From: Botryllus schlosseri
Lineage: Eukaryota
Length of the DNA stretch: 64,000 nt
Direction of reading: 5' to 3'
Assembly (NCBI GenBank): GCA_051294905.1
Contig: CM119386.1
Coordinates: 9,176,001 to 9,240,000 of the forward strand
The notes below the pieces were generated by a model. It saw only the letters and a list, made by a program, of their open reading frames with translations. It did not search any database and had not been told where the DNA came from. Position numbers and translations under genes: made by a program. This document shows, piece by piece, positions 11,936-27,780 of the stretch (within the stretch, counting starts at the first letter, position 1; every line of letters starts with the position of its first letter).

Positions 11936-14900
11936 TGTGCAGGAAGCTTGGTTCGTAGTCTTCATCACCTCTTATTTACTCCTCAAAGCAACCGTTATCC
12001 ACTACTAGTTTCAGTGGTTTCGTTTTTTTCTGTGTATAGACCTGCCGCTTTAACGCGCGTTTGACGGCACATTTGCGCAACGCTATTCGGGACTTGGGCC
12101 GACCGACCGAACGTGTAGCTTCTAATTTCTGTATAATATCTGTGATTACTTCACGGTGCATTATTATAAGGCAAGCATGCGCACGATATTGCGCGCGCGC
12201 CTTGTTTATTCTGCGATTATGACCGTTTGCGGCGGTGTTTCGCCGAAATGTTTGTGCCCTAGGACTTCAACTTCAAGGAAGTATTTATGCCTAGGGATCG
12301 GGAAACGTCACAGGTGCCCGTGTTTTGATATCGCCTAGTATCCTACTTGTCCATCATTGATAAATAAGAATGAATGTATTTATTTTGTATCGCTTTTTAT
12401 CAGGGTGCGCTGAAGGGTCTTTTTTGCGAACTGAATTTAATATAGGCAATCACTGGGAATAAATAGGTTAGAATTAAGCCATGCTGGTATGTTGGGTGTC
12501 TTCTCTTCGGTGACGCGGTATCAGTGTACCGGGACTATCGCAAAAGGATGTGCGGTTATGACTCTCCAGTTCAAGAGCCTATTCGCGTATTGCGGTACGC
12601 CTCTCCGTGGCTGTTTGCGAACAACTTTCTATCCTAATATAAATATTCATTCAGATAAGTCGAATTCAATACATGGTCATGACCATGACCATGACGATTG
12701 ACCTCACAGCCTCGAATTTATAGTTGCAACGGCCGGGGGACATAATTATGAGCATACGTCACACAGTGTCTAAAAAAGTTTTAGAACCACTGGACTAATA
12801 GATGAGACTGCTCCAATTGAGTTAGATGTGTACTCTTCACAGTGCCGTCAGCGGATTGGTTTCTGTCATTTCTATATTCTGCTCCCAATCAGGATCAGCG
12901 TGATAACGCTATCCTTAGTACGGTAATTGCGCGCGCTTGGAGTCAACATCTCGACGTAGCCTCCAGTACGTACCTTCACGCGTAAAATATTACGGTCACA
13001 AATCGAAAAGAATGTCGATGAACCCTGCAATACCGGTGACATATGTCCCCGTCTCTTCTTTCCAACCTTCTGCTCGTTCTATCGAAAACGACCGACCGGG
13101 TCCGAGTCCGCTATTGATTTCCTCGTTGAACGTGTGTTTGTTTGTGGGCGTCTTCGGTACACAATTGTAACGCGCGTGAGAAAAGGCCTGGCGATGATGT
13201 TCGGTTTATGTATGGCGGTTGATAAATGTGTAACGGCGCTACACGGAAATCTAAATCTCCTGGGGTAATAACCGCTTGAGAAAGTCTCTTCGGGGTGACG
13301 CTGTCGAAGGCGGCAGTCGCGTTTCCCGCCTTTTTATGAAGTCGTTTTTGATTCTATTTCGGGGTTCTCCGCTCGCGTCTGCGGGGATTTGTTTGCGTAC
13401 AGGCTTGGAATCTGTCTGGCTGTTGACGGATACGTAACCCCGGCGGTACACCGTAGCCGTGTTATCATTGTCGCGGTGGGGTGCGGTGTGAACAGGCGGC
13501 CTAAGTGACTGTTGATATCTCCCTGCATGCCGCGAAGTGGTGTGTGTGTTTTCGTTAATGCGGAGGCTCCGTATATAAAGCTGCTTTTCTTCGCGTATCA
13601 AACATTGTGATCAGAGAGGTCAAAGCAGTCATCGTTGGTTCTCAAATAGAAATACAAGTAAAAGTACAAGTAGCTGTCTTTAAGTAAAAAAGTAAGTAAT
13701 ATAGGCCGAGTAGAAGTAGTCCAAGATCATAACAACATGCGGAATTAGGGCAAGTAGGCAAAACCGACTTGACTAGCTCGAAAAAGTAGAAGTATTTATT
13801 TACCGGCCGACATCCTATTTACATATTCCCACACTGCGAGCAGTCAATCTTTACCGTGCCGATTGTAGCTTGAACTACATGTCTGTGTGAAGTTTTGTGG
13901 TTTGAAGAATAAAAAAATTTCTCTCGATCTCTCTCTCCATGTGATTAATATCACTGAATTGTCACTGTAACTTTTGATCTGATTTCGTGGGATGGACATC
14001 GGCACGGTATTTAAGTCTCCTTTCTAAACGCTATGGCGGGGTTTAGACGGGAGAATAGCAATTGGATAAAAGAGCGACGTCGCGATTATATCCGAGACAC
14101 TTCGAACTCGACAGGCAATGAATTAGCGAGTTCTAATTCGTGTGGCGACTGTCCCGCGAGACCTGTCTGACTGCTAACGAGTAACACCTGGCTGATGTGA
14201 AGTTCGCCAGAAGTGACTCGGCGTTCATCACAGGTGCGTGGTTGTAATTCCTCAATTCCATATCAGAGGGTGATCCCTCACGATTAACGTGTTTGAGTTG
14301 TGTGTAGGCCTTGTGTACTATGCATGTGTCGGATGAAGCGCACCTGTATGGTTTTGCTAGGGTGTTGATAGGGTTGTCCATAATTTGGAAAATCTTACAA
14401 ATCCTCGGTTGTAATGTCTTATTCGATAGATTATTGATAAAAAACGACACTGAGCCTGAAAGAAGCTCACAGAAAGGCCGTTAAGATTTCGTGCAAAGCG
14501 TTTGAAAGTAGCTGCCGAAGAATGGGCGTGCCACCGACCATAGAACGGCGAGAAGACTAGTAATCAAGAAACCACGGTTCTTGATTGGATAATCGGTTAT
14601 GCTTCAATGACCACGTCAGCAGCAGCTTGCTGATTAGGTGAACAAGGAGTCTGCTACTGGCGGCGATTCTGAAAGCGCATTGTATGTAGGTTGACAGATA
14701 ATGATTTAGGTTTGATTCAAGGTATCTTGAGGTACGAAATACATGATGTACAAACAACAGCTGCTTCACAAAAACGTCTAAAGCATGACCGCTTCATTGT
14801 GAAGGAAACCGCTGTAGCCTATATGCCTTGTTTTCAACGAAGGAAAGCATAGGCCCTTATGCAAGTGGCAATGGATTCCTAGTTTCAGAAATAATATATC

Positions 14901-17900
14901 ATTATTGAATACAAAGATAAAGCTTAACAATGACACTATAAGTTAGGTGATCTTATTGGGCTCAGGTTGCAGTACATAGTTGAAGTTGATCGATTCCGTT
15001 TAAGTGAGAAATTCGCTTTTTCGTATTTCTTTCATGCAAAGAGAAAGTGCGCAAGCAGCCATCGGCATTCGCTGAGTTTTATTTGCTCTTCCCGCCTACT
15101 GACTTTATTTTAGGCATGGTTAGCGGGAAGCGAAGTACGTAATTCCGGATAAACGGTCCAATACGTTAGCTTGTTCGGGTGACATATAGAGGAGGAGGGA
15201 CAGATTACTTTACTTTACTTTACTAACGTGCGTACTTCAGCGAAGTCCGCAGACTGACATCCGGCTCCCTGTCGTATCTATGAGAGCTGCAATGTCAGAT
15301 TCGTCTTCTGTCGAAAACCCAACGTTAAGGTACATAAATGTTAATGGTCTATGTAATCCTTCTGTTTCATGAACCGCAATGTGTCACGCTATTATAAGTT
15401 TGAACTGCACACTCTGGGTATGAAGGCGAATCGTTGTATGTATTTAGTGGCGAGAAGTGGGGAGCATCATAGCTATCCACCGCATGACCGGTCATTAACG
15501 ACAGCGTCATTACCGAGAAAGGCACGACCAATAATGGACATTGCCGAAAATGGTGATGTTCACTCTCCTCGGTAATATTTATTCTCAATAATGTGCATTC
15601 TCAGTAGTTTACATTCTCGGTAATTGAATATTATACTCCTATTGAAATAAACCCGAATATTTTCGGCTGACACTCGTTTGGAGTAATCGTCACCAATTAC
15701 TAGAGAATTAGAAAGAACATTGTATATGAACTTGAACAATCGTTTTCTCGTTCGTGCCATGTATCCCCTATTCCCATTTAAGGGTTTCGTCATTGTGAGG
15801 TAATCAAGAAAGTTAAAATAACTTGATCGCGTCCCGTCTTACCAACTTCATTGATATCGGCGGTACAGCCGATTCGATTAACAATGAATGATTTAATACT
15901 ATTCTGGGAGGGATGACATGTTAGTTATGTAGTATTTCGCTACACAGCAGATTTGTGTCCACACTTCTGGAATTTTATGTACATTATATATTTGTGTTCG
16001 CCAGTCTATTTCTGTAACGCAGTCCGATTGTCTAGTCTCCGTTTTATTTCCCCTTGCTCAACAATATCTTCCCTCTGGTTACATTCACAATAGACGCATA
16101 AGTCGCCACACACTATAGTGTGTGTTATGTAGCCGCGAGGCATGTGTTACGCTCGAGCGGAAGCGCCGATGCGTGAATTTCACAACAATGCAATCCCAGG
16201 CTAGGTGACTCGGGAAGCAGTGACTCTGTTTTCCGCGAGGCTCACCTCCGCCCATCATGAAGAAGCCGTGTAAATATAGCAAATAGGTAATGTCCAGTAT
16301 TCCATATCAAAATACAATGGCGGTTGTTTGTTCGACTTCTTTTGTGACGCACATCCCGTGACTAAAATACCTTGATGTTAAGTAGCAATATAATTTGGAT
16401 GCAGTCCAACATATGTGGCTGTCGCAACGGCCAAATTTCGCATTATGGTCGTGTGTTGTAGAGGGTTGCATTGCACTTGCACAAACTATACTGGATTTTC
16501 AAAATGCGCAACTACAACTGGAACTAAAGACCTTTGAAATCCGCAGCTAATTAAAATACAACTGATGATACGAATTACTGAATTCCAAATGAGCTAAGAA
16601 ATATTGGTGACAGAATCGGCATTACAGAAGTAAGGGATTTCGAGAGTTGCGGGACTTGTGGTTGAAGGTATTTATGAAACATTGCTTAACAAAACTTTAC
16701 CGAATAGGTTGTGTCGTAATCGATCACGTGTGAATTTTTGCGGTGGTACTTTGGAAATTGCGCAAGCGCTAGATAAGCTCGGCATTCCGTTGGTGCTTGG
16801 GCTTGCGTGCGTTGTTCGCGACGTAAGAGGTTTGAGAATTTGATAGTCTTCAAGTGCTAATTGTAATCCTGAATTATGGTGGTATCCTTATCAATCACAT
16901 GCTGTGAAATTTGTGATTGCTTGCTAAATGTTGTTACGGCTTCAGGTGTGGCGCATCCAATCCGGATATGATCGATATATTCGAACGCATACCCGTCTTT
17001 GGTGACACGCTTATGAATTACACTAAGGCCAACAATATAGGCTATTTATTTATGTATGCCGTCATAGTTGGCTAAAGAGGCCAAATCGTTTGTTATTCCG
17101 CGGGAAATTTGTTTACTATCGCGGCCATCGCGATTTCACTACAACTATACTTGGCCGCGTTGCGAATCGACTCATAAAGATACGGAGAAGCGTTGCGTCT
17201 AATCGAACAGGTTACGTCACGTTTGAAATATTTTCATTCGATTTCAAGAAATTTGTATGACTCACGCGATGCGATTGTGAAGAAGATTTGTCTGACGTCA
17301 GTTGATGACGAATCGTGTGACAGGCATCAATTAATTTGTCTGTAAACCACGAGCGATTGTACTGTAATCAATCGTATTTGTTTCAGTTACTTAGACAATG
17401 TCCTATTAAACTTCCTGGGACTGATGAATTCAATACATGCATTGTATACGTATAGTCAATAGTCATTGACTCATATATATAACATTGTAGATACGCGGTT
17501 ACTGTATCTGTATCTGTATCAGTACGTGATTTTGACGGTAACATTGACGGTTTGAATAGTGCCTGAATCGGGGCTTCGTTACATAACCGGCTAGTTGTTG
17601 TTCTTTTGTGGTATTCATGGTCTTTTTCGACGACAGTGGTTATTTGCACCAGGCCGACTAGTTGTTGGGAAATAACTCACGATATCGCGCCGCAGTAATT
17701 ATTGTCATCAGATAATCTCCGAAATGAATTTTGCGGCGTTACGACGGAACGCAAGCCACCACTTCTAACGCGCGCTGGCGCGGAGTGACGTAATCGGACA
17801 CGCGCGCCTCACTTATCGGAAATCAGATGCAACATGCGATCGGATATTGCCGCTCTGCGCAAGGTGATTAGGCGAGAAGGCGATCTGGGGAATTGTGTGT

Positions 17901-20900
17901 TGATGTCAGCGATGGTGGCGCTTGGTACTATGGTACATGCAACGTTTCGAAGCAGATATTGTATCAAATATGCGGAGCGCACGGCGATAGTACCGATAAT
18001 ATCCAACTTACGTCTGGGTAAGGTTGGTTTTTTTTCTTGTGGCGATCCGAAGGTTAATATAAAACATCCATTTGCAATTTTACATGGGTTTATATTTTTT
18101 TGCACAAGGGTCATTATGAAACTTATGATATTGCTCAGACAGTGTTGCAACTAATGCTAGGAAGACACTGTCTGGGGTATGTTCGGGCTGCGTTTCAACT
18201 CGGACAGATTGTCTGGGGTATGTCTGGGTGTGTTCCGACTGTGTTTCGTTACGATAATTAGGTATCATTTCGATCATTGTACGACATAAAGACTTCCGTT
18301 TGCATATGGTTAGGTATTATTGTGAGGATTAACTTTTGAATCGGATTGTTGAGCATGCATTTTGTCAGTCGCTTGAAACATAGGAAGTCATCGCTCATTT
18401 CTGGTCCAGATCGGCGCAGGTCGAATCAGATTGAAGTTTTTCTCACTCCGTCTGATAATTTGCTGTCGGTAGGCCCCAGCGTTCCAACTAGCGTTTAATC
18501 TGCGGAAATGCAACTGATGTGTACGCGCCGGAGACGGGAAACGATCAACAGCTACTCTGTGTAGCGTGACGTCAGTGGTGGGATGTTTTATGCTTTTTGC
18601 CTCGTCCAAAGCGGGTGATTCAGATCTCGGTAAACACCATCGCAAGAGCGAGCTCTGCTGTTGACAGCGTTCGCGCGTAAAGTGACATAGCAGCACTACC
18701 TGATCCGATTCACACTTATTCCCGTATCGCTGTTACTGCGTATGTACTCTACGTGTGCAACTGTGCAGTGTGCATCTACGTACAGCACATATTTTTATCT
18801 GGTTGTCGCATATTTTACCGGTCCTGGCTGCAATGATGACATTATTACAAATCTACGACCATGGAAGCACTATGTACTGGAATTGAAGTGCATCTTCGAT
18901 GCCAACCTTTGCCCATCACAAATAGTTCACACCTAGTCCTTTGAACGTTTAAGTAAATGTAGTTGCTCAAGTCGTTCGTAATCTATTGGGATTTACGACT
19001 CCGCGTTATATGCAGGCGTTGGGCGCTACAAACAATCAGTTTGCAAACAGTAGACTACCATGCAATCTGTTTTTTTCTTCTCAAGCTGTGGCTGTAGCCA
19101 TGTAGCATTCGTACAGATATCTGTTGATAAGTGATCTTTTACCAATACACTTTCGATCTATTCCATAATCAACTTATCTTGGTGGCCGACTTCGCGACCT
19201 TTAGGTCAGATTAGCTCGATAGATTTCGGGGAAATCCTTGTTTATTGCCCATCTCGGGTGTTTGGCTTGCAAATTATGATCAATAGAATATCTGGCTCCA
19301 GCAGATGTCCGCCGATAAACACGTGACCGCCTATTTATGGTATGAACACCGTTCGGAATTCGTGTCTAGGCATAGCAATCCAGCCAAAACACATGTTACC
19401 AGTAACATATATAAACGGGATTTCGTCATGTTCTCACGCCATCGGGGCATCCCATTTACCGTAAAACTCCGCGGACAGCATCTTAGAATTTCTTGTATCT
19501 TGTACGCGGGGTGGCCTGTCATTTCGTCGAAGATGACTCGCCGATTACGGGAATGATGTCGATTCAGTGTTATATAAGTGGTGGACTTCGGAGCAACATG
19601 TCTGAAGTTCGATTTACTTTGTGGCTGTGGGCGATTCTCTCGAAGCCATTGGGGTATATTTGCTTGTAGAATATCCACCGTGATTCACGTATGGATGTTA
19701 ATGGCGAAAGTCACTTGAAGCTCAGCTATTCGCCCTATTGTACATTGTCTGGACCTTTTCATCCTTGATACTTACAGCGTTCTGTTGAATTAACTTGATC
19801 ATACGTATTTGCCAGAGATAATATCGTCAATTCCGAATCCACAGTTTCACCAGACTTGTTAAAAGTTAGAATTACAAACACTTGGAAACTACATACCCAG
19901 CTCCAAATCTTAATACAGCTTGGTAAATTCGTACTCAGCCACTCGACCGATGTCTTTTAATACGTTGTTTAATCCAAATCCATGCCCGACCCTGACATTC
20001 AACCGCAATTATAGGTAGTTGGGTGGTTGGGAAAACAGGCTAACTGTAACAATCACGATTTTAATCACTAATGTTTTCAACGGAGATATTTCCCAAATAT
20101 CAACCTGCCGTTAGCGACACTCCTTCACGCCATCTCGGCAAGCTCTGTACGGTATTTATTTACGTAGTGCGGTTGAAGCAACCTACATTAAAACATGAAT
20201 CACATATACGCATTTCACTCTCAATAAGGTTGTCTGATCAGCAGAATTCGAAAACGTAGCTACGCTAAACGAAACAAACTCGGTGCCCCAATCACGACAC
20301 GTCTTTATAGATTTGAAGGCTTGGGGACATTGCCAACATGGAATTCTTTATTATTTGAATATGATAGCAGTATTTCTCATCATATGGGTAAATCTTTTCG
20401 AGACTATTACGTAATGTCCGTGAGTTTTATTGCATGGGTACGTACATCAAAGAAACCACGTTGACACAGCGGTGTCGAGTAGTTTGTCAAACCCACAAAT
20501 CGCAACTTCTGTAAAACACGATTTACGGGCCAGCGTTGCCGAATGCGCACGGTGACGCATACCATTACGAAATCGTAACTGTTGTGTTGAGTCATGCAAT
20601 ATCTTGCGAAATTTGAGCTCTCATATACATATCATTTCACATATACTCCACAAAACTTGAGGTTCAAAACTTGAAACGGTGTACGGGGTTGGATTGTTTA
20701 GTTTTACGACGAGAAAGTACAACGGCTTTGACGTCATTGGCGATGACTCGCTCGTCTCGTTGAGATAACGCATAGCAACGCCTCGTTGGCGAAATACGGT
20801 TCGTCTGAAAGTTAACGAAGATTAACGGTGTCGGTTTAGGTGGAATTGTAGGAATTTTTTCGAGCTTGGGAAACGCGGCCCTGTGATGTTGTGTGGGTGA

Positions 20901-23900
20901 TTCTCGGCTTTGAAAAATTCACCAATGTGGAAAGTATCCATCGTGGATACTCGAGTAGAAGTAGAATGTAAGATCGAGAATTTGTACTCAAAGTACAAGT
21001 AGAAGTAGTGCTTTGCAAGTAGGTACAACAGTAAGTATTCTAGGCCTGGTTTTGCCAAAGAACTAAACTGACGAACTGTTGAGTGGAGGTGGATGTAGTC
21101 TATAAGCAATTAAGCATAACCACTTTTGAGTTAGTGGTGTAACTAGGCAAATTTACCCGAGGTAGAAATACCTCAGTACTGACCACCTCTGCAATCCATT
21201 AATCGTTGCACAAAGTAATAATAGCCACATGTAATTGATTCCAAACTTATCCGGAAAAATCGTAACTGTGCTTACATCGCGACCAATAGGAAGCCGCGTA
21301 CGGTATTTACGAGGTCGTGAAGGCTATTTGTACTGGAACGCGGCGGCACACTCCCAAAAAAGCAACGCGCGAATATACTACGTGAGTTGGCTGTTTTGCA
21401 TAATACCTGGTAATTATATGGGGAAGCGTCACAAGCAACCGCACGCTTGTGATGCTGTTTTAATTAGTTGTCGCGCTGCCCGATAAGGCCGTTTGCGTTA
21501 CGTAATCTCGTTGCTTCAGACATGTTGCATTTGCATTACGGCTTACCGCAGTCTGCCGTAATTCGGAATGTATGTTGGCTTTTTCGGCTTCCTTTGTTGC
21601 GCTAATCTACGCGATTGCGGTAGTCTTCGCGGGCGGGGAACTCGGGAAAATGTGCTGGCCAAATTCGGCGCTAGGTCGTGACGTAAACAAAGTAATCGCG
21701 CGTTTTGCATTACGAAACCGCCCTAATCTTTGCGATAATTGACTTTTTGTTTCTTTCGTTTGGAGGCTTTTCTTCAATGGCTCATCCGCGCGTGTAGTAC
21801 CGATATCTGCGCACCGAACTCGCGCTATTGGCTGTATAATCCGGCGATAGCTTTCTGTTGCATTTGGCATTCGTTTCCTCGATATGTCCTACTTCGCGGG
21901 ATATTACGCACGGTGACGGTCGAGCAGGCACGAAAACCACGATATTCCGGCGCGCGGTGCGATGTTCGTGAATGGAAAGGTATCAATCTTTCGTTTCGCG
22001 TTGGACGTTTGGTTGGAACCGCACAAAACATGTGCGAAACATGTGTGGCAACGGTGAAGGCGCTGGTATTTGGCGCGAAAATATACGTCACGTGAATGAC
22101 GTGTGCCACGTTTTCTGAAAGTGGATGGAGTATCGAATCGATACATCAGTTTTTGCGTGTGACTTGATGACTATCTTTTTCTCGTTCTCTGTAAAATCCG
22201 CTTCGCTGTAAAATTCGCTTCGTTATACCGTGGAAGACTGCCTTGTCCGGTTTTATCCGAGAAGGGAAACCAGATCCGGCATTTCTAAATTTACCGTGCG
22301 TTGAAAAAAGAGGTGGTCGAAGTCGTCAGCAGCGTTGCGTAGAAGTAGGAGTAACGCCGTAAATTTCTACTCCATTAGATATATACGTAGTGATTTTCAA
22401 GTCTTGCCAAGTGGACGTAAAAAGTAAATGGTCAATAAAGTGTCCTAGTACAGTTGTTCTCAATCTTAAACCCCGCGGACTGGTAAAACTTCAAAACAAA
22501 TGTTGCGGACCGTTCAATGCCCAAAATTTGAGTAGGAAACATCTATGCGACACAAATGTAGCACTGGAAACTCCATTAGATGCCTTTTTGATACGATATA
22601 TTTATACGCGATTCTATTGAAGTTTCTCCACGGTGAAGCTCGCCAAGTCCTGTTAAGGACCACCAACTTGATTGTGATTATTTGGTATCCTTTGAAAGAA
22701 ATGCGACTTTGCTGGTTGCTGTATAGCCTTATTGTATTGTCAAAGTAACGCTTAATTGAACTGTCGGAATTGAATGAACTTTGTTTAAAAGTATCCGTAA
22801 CGAGTTGTTGCTACTTTTGAATAGTTTCTTATAACACTTGCACAATTGTGGTCACCTCTTGTTGAAATGCATGCGGGTCAGTGTTGTCATACAGAATCCC
22901 ACAGTGCCTTGAATACCTTTTGAATAGCAATGTATGCTCACGCTGCTTCAATAAATATATCATACCGACACTTGCGATTGACGTATATCGTCGATGTCGA
23001 AATCCTGTTCCGTCTCGGACGAATGATTCAGAACCGGATATATCGTATCGGGAGTTGGGTTCCGCGGCGACTGTCCATCGCCGTGGGATTTGAAGTGACC
23101 CCTGGCAACGGTGACACGAGGATTCGTATAAGCAGTGACGTCATTCCGCACCACCACTTATCGCCAAAGCGCACTTATCGGCGGCTTACGGCCAGTGGCG
23201 TAACGAACTTGTCATCTAATGGAAAAGTGTCTGAGTCGGAGCTTGACAACTTCGGAAATTTTCAGTTTTCCAAATTATATTAGAATTAAAGAACGCGCAA
23301 AAACTTGGAAATTAAGTTGAATTCGTAATTAAAATAAAATACGATAAAAATCAAGTTCAGTCCATATCAAAACAGATTTCGTTCTCATATAAGCATAAGA
23401 ATGGCAAATGCCTGTACGTACAAGTGTACAGTGTACACGGTACACCAAGCGTGGCTTGCTTCGCGCTATGCCGTCACCGAGTGTATTAACGCGACTTGTG
23501 AAAAACGACATCCGATCCGGCGTGATAGCACGCCTGAATCTCTGTAATTCGCAAAGTTTGGTGGCTAAATATGTAACTGGCTGATTTCCGGGCTGATTTT
23601 ACGGTCCGTCTCCGGCGACAGACCGCGGTAATTAGGCTGGCGAACGCGTTTCTGTTGTTTGCAGGACACTTGTCAAGCGGTGTCGCGCATTTTTTCGCGG
23701 AAAATCTGATATTGTTGACTAACACGCGCTATTACCGGAGCCTTGTGTTGACAAAACGGAGTCGCGGGTATCGGATGGCGAGGTAATCGAGGATTAGGAA
23801 TGCTCTCCCGATCGCGAGCGTAAACGCAATATTTCTGTTGCTAATTGGCAATCGAATTCTCTTCTAGCGTGATAATTACGCGATAATACTCTGGCCCTGT

Positions 23901-26900
23901 TTTTGAATAACAGTCTTCTGCGTATTTCTGGATTTGAAGGATATCTTCGTATGGTAAACTATTGCGTGCAAAGAAATCGATTGGGCGACGTGCTGGTAGT
24001 TTCGGCAGTGTCTTCCAAATAACACTGAAAATGAAAGTCACTCCGACAACACATGGGAGTATGGCGATTGAATTTTTGGTAATTGGGCCCAGTTTGTTAT
24101 ATAACTGGATGACTGTGCTTAAATTAGAAAATTTCAGTGTTTACGTGTGTGGTGTGTCGTTTTCCGAAGGTTTGGTTGCTCGAAGTCTCGGTTCTACTTC
24201 CCACCGTGTTCGATTAATGCGAATTGGTCGTCGTGACTGAGCTGTCCTGTAACGTCCCACATGTTGCCAATTTCATATGAAACTCTGCCTAAAAGGTGAA
24301 CGCTGTTTTGTTTATTGATTTCTCAATTTCTTGAGAAAATGATAGATTTTATGAAAATTATGCCTCCCGACTTGCTTGTCACCCGTATATCTGTTTTGAT
24401 GTTTACTTTTGACTGGTTATCCAAACAATGTTAAAGGAACGTTATGTAGTCTTTATGCGAGCTCTTGAACTTTATGACCCGCCAGTCTGTTAGGTAGGTC
24501 GATCTTTTGACCCTTGACCTTGCGATGACGCATCCGAGGTGTCGGGTATCTAGGAAAGCATAATCCTATCGACGTCGACCGGGAACATGAGGCAACGGTA
24601 AATTGTCGCTAGGCAGAGAACCTAAAGTATAATACGGTGTTGCATGATATCTTCTATTTGCCCCCGGGGGCGACCGAAGTGATTTTTCGTTATCTTTTGC
24701 TTACTTTTGTAAAATTTCTACGTGACACAGGCCATGCATGTTGATATAAACTGACGGAAAATCTTTTTCTAGGTATTACTGATTGTGTCAACGCGACGCG
24801 CTGTTATCCCGTTTAGTTTGGTCGCTGCTTCATGGCAATTAAGTCGATCTGATATGAAGTTGCCTAACATTTCCCGTTAAGGAGATTATGCGGCTATCTG
24901 CGTCAATGTGCCCTTTTGCTAGGGTTGTAACCCTCTCAAATGACTAACCTTCGATTTCAATTTCGACGTTGTGGATTATCCGACTATTTTCGGCTGATTG
25001 TACTGATGCTTAGACTTTCTGCGGTTCAAAATGGTTTGGATATCTATAAAGTTCCTCCATTGCGATTCCTCATTACCTGGAAGCAGTGTGTTCTGGTTTG
25101 AAAGCAACAAGCGTGTTGTACCAGAACAAGATCGTGTTTGCGCAGCAATGTTATATCGTCCACGGTGTTGACACCGCATAATGTTGGGACATGATGTTTA
25201 TGAGCAGTGAGCACAAATAGACCAAGGCGGTGGTCTGTGAGTTTCTGTATATTAATTCGGATTTGTAATTGTATAGTGCTTGAATCAGTGAATCGCATTA
25301 ATCAATTCATCACTCCCAAAGGACTTTTTAGCTATTGTTAGAAAATATCACGTCACTAAGAATCTCGCGAATCCCCACTATGGCTTGCTACACATGCGTT
25401 TACATTTTTTCGCGTCAATAAAGCGACTTGCTAGTACCAATTGTCAAGCTGGACTTTGTTTTCGCGCCTTACCGTTTGCCCGGTAGTATATTTTCTCGTG
25501 ATAGTGAAGGCAAAACAACTCGTTCATTATCGCAATCTGTGCCGTGACGTAAGCGAGCAATAAAGCGGGCCTTCAATGTAAATAATTTCGCGAAAATATA
25601 TTGTGCATATTGGCAAGCGCCTCGGAAATTATAGTCGGTACACTGCTGCGACAGTGCATTATGATGGGCAAGAGCAAATATTTGGCCGTAAAATCTTATC
25701 GAATGTATCGCGTTGTAAAGTATCCCTTTGTCTGAATTCAGTATTCACTCAATGTGTACATAAAATCTGTGACGTCATTACTGGTGGGTTTTAGTATCAC
25801 CGATGACTGGTGTTTGGTATTTTTGCTCGATGTAATCTCACTGTATCGCAGTTGAAATCTCCGAATGGTACTCTATAATGTCTTTATCAATATATGATCA
25901 TTAGATCATGGTAGTTGGTCACAAATTGTAGTCTGTTTGGGGTCGTCGACCGCGTGATGATTACTCAAGCGTGCGTTGTGTGAATTCATTCTTTGTCCCT
26001 GGCAAGGACTCTGATATCCTCCCGTGTTTTCATTATGTAATTGCTGGTGCACTGCACAGTCATTACCGCTGATAAACTGCGGAATAACGCATATGTGTTG
26101 GACATGCGCAGAATTCTGCAAGCGTGGCCTCACAAAGAGCTTGTCGACCTAGTCGAAGGAAGTGTATTTGCAAGATCCGATGTTGTTCCTTTGTGTCTGG
26201 TGTGGTGTCTGCGTTAAAACAATTCGGCGCATTTTCCTGAATATCATTAAATTAATATCGCCCTATTTTTGACCCGCTTTTTAAATATAATAATTATAAT
26301 TATAATCGAAGTCGAAGCTTGCGAAATTTGCATAGACTTGGTTTACCTTATAGCGCCTCGTTAGCGGTTTATTTAAGAAAATATGCAAACATACTTAGCG
26401 GGCACGAAAACCTCTTCCGACACTGTTGTCGGCATCTTGTCGATTCCAGTTTCTCACAAGACATACCAACCTCGCCACTGTAATCCAATTAATCACTGTT
26501 TGCTTATGCCGTGCGGGGTCGTTCTGTTCAAATTTTCGACGCGATTGTGCGCTACCGCTCATCATAGATGCGTTTTGGGTTCGGATTTTTCATCATCCTA
26601 TAATTTCTAAACTCACGTTATAAATTTGAAAGATTCCTTAGATTTTTGGGGTTACAGTGTATAAGGCTTCCATCGCGGTTGATGGTGGTTAGGGAATTAC
26701 ACCCAAAAGGGTGGGATTTACAGCGAAACATCTGAATTGTGGAATCTTGTGGTTTGCGCTAGAACGGGTGGGATCCACTACCTTATAAAGTTATATAACC
26801 TTTTATTCAGCGTGGCATAAATTACGCGTAGACCTTCGAGATTATTTGCAAGCCGTGACAAGGTATTTCAGCGCTTCACTTTAACGGTCACTATCGAAAC

Positions 26901-27780
26901 CCGTATAATTTGGGTTTTATCAAAGGTGGATTTTATGTGCTGGACAGTTTTATAGCGTATCCAGCGCTCTCACGTCAATGTGACCGGAATATCCCTCGGG
27001 CGGGAAAGGAGGTGTGCTACGTGAACTCTGTATTGTTTTCGTGTAGAAGTATAGAGATCTCTATAGTAGAAGAGTATGATACAATTCTAATTATGCATCA
27101 TCTGCTGCTCCATGCTGGTTCTTGTTGTACTAATCAGACCTGCTATGATCGCATAAACGTCGTTATGACGCCATAGACAGGACACTATTCGATACCGTGG
27201 TTAGAGCGTATGTGAATGGTCGAAGTTGCGCTTGGTATAAACAAATTACGGCTGTTGGAAACGATAAGATATTTAGCTTCTTTGCGTTTGGTCTGTAATC
27301 GGTGTTCGTCACGAAGTTGTATAACGACGTAATTGCGGTGGGCTAGTATTCGCTTGTCCGACTTCCGGGCTTCGTGTGGAATAACTGCGAGTGTACTTCG
27401 ATGCCGTTCCGTAGCGATGAATTTCGCTTTTGAACGAGATACGATCTGCTGAGAGCGAAACCGCTGCCTTACTGCAATGACTTTTATTCATATACGTTGC
27501 CGTTTTGTTTGATTGTTGCGTATATATGTAGTTTCGGTTTTGCTTTGCTTTAATGAGGTCGTATCTGGGTCTCGTGTTAGTCAGTGCATTTGTGCATCTC
27601 GGCTTAGTCACCATGTAACTCGCTGCTTACGTTGCCTGGCTGTAATGACTCCACCGGCCAAGACCCCGATGGCCCGAGAGATTTTGATGTATTTCTTGAA
27701 CTATGTACAATGTACATTTCGATCCCGAAGGGAAAGAATCGATATTTTCGCGCAAATAGCATACTTTTCATCGTTTAGAT

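Noticed and set aside
12720-12792. Isolated hAT-like right end (...AGAACCACTG); also unpaired ends near 48895 and 51838
   Set aside because: No matching partner end or TSD found, so boundaries cannot be supported.
19600-19980. Possible LINE (L2/CR1-like) 3' remnant; similar weak hints at about 54900-55600 and 58800-59200
   Set aside because: Only short degenerate motif matches across frameshifts; needs a profile search.
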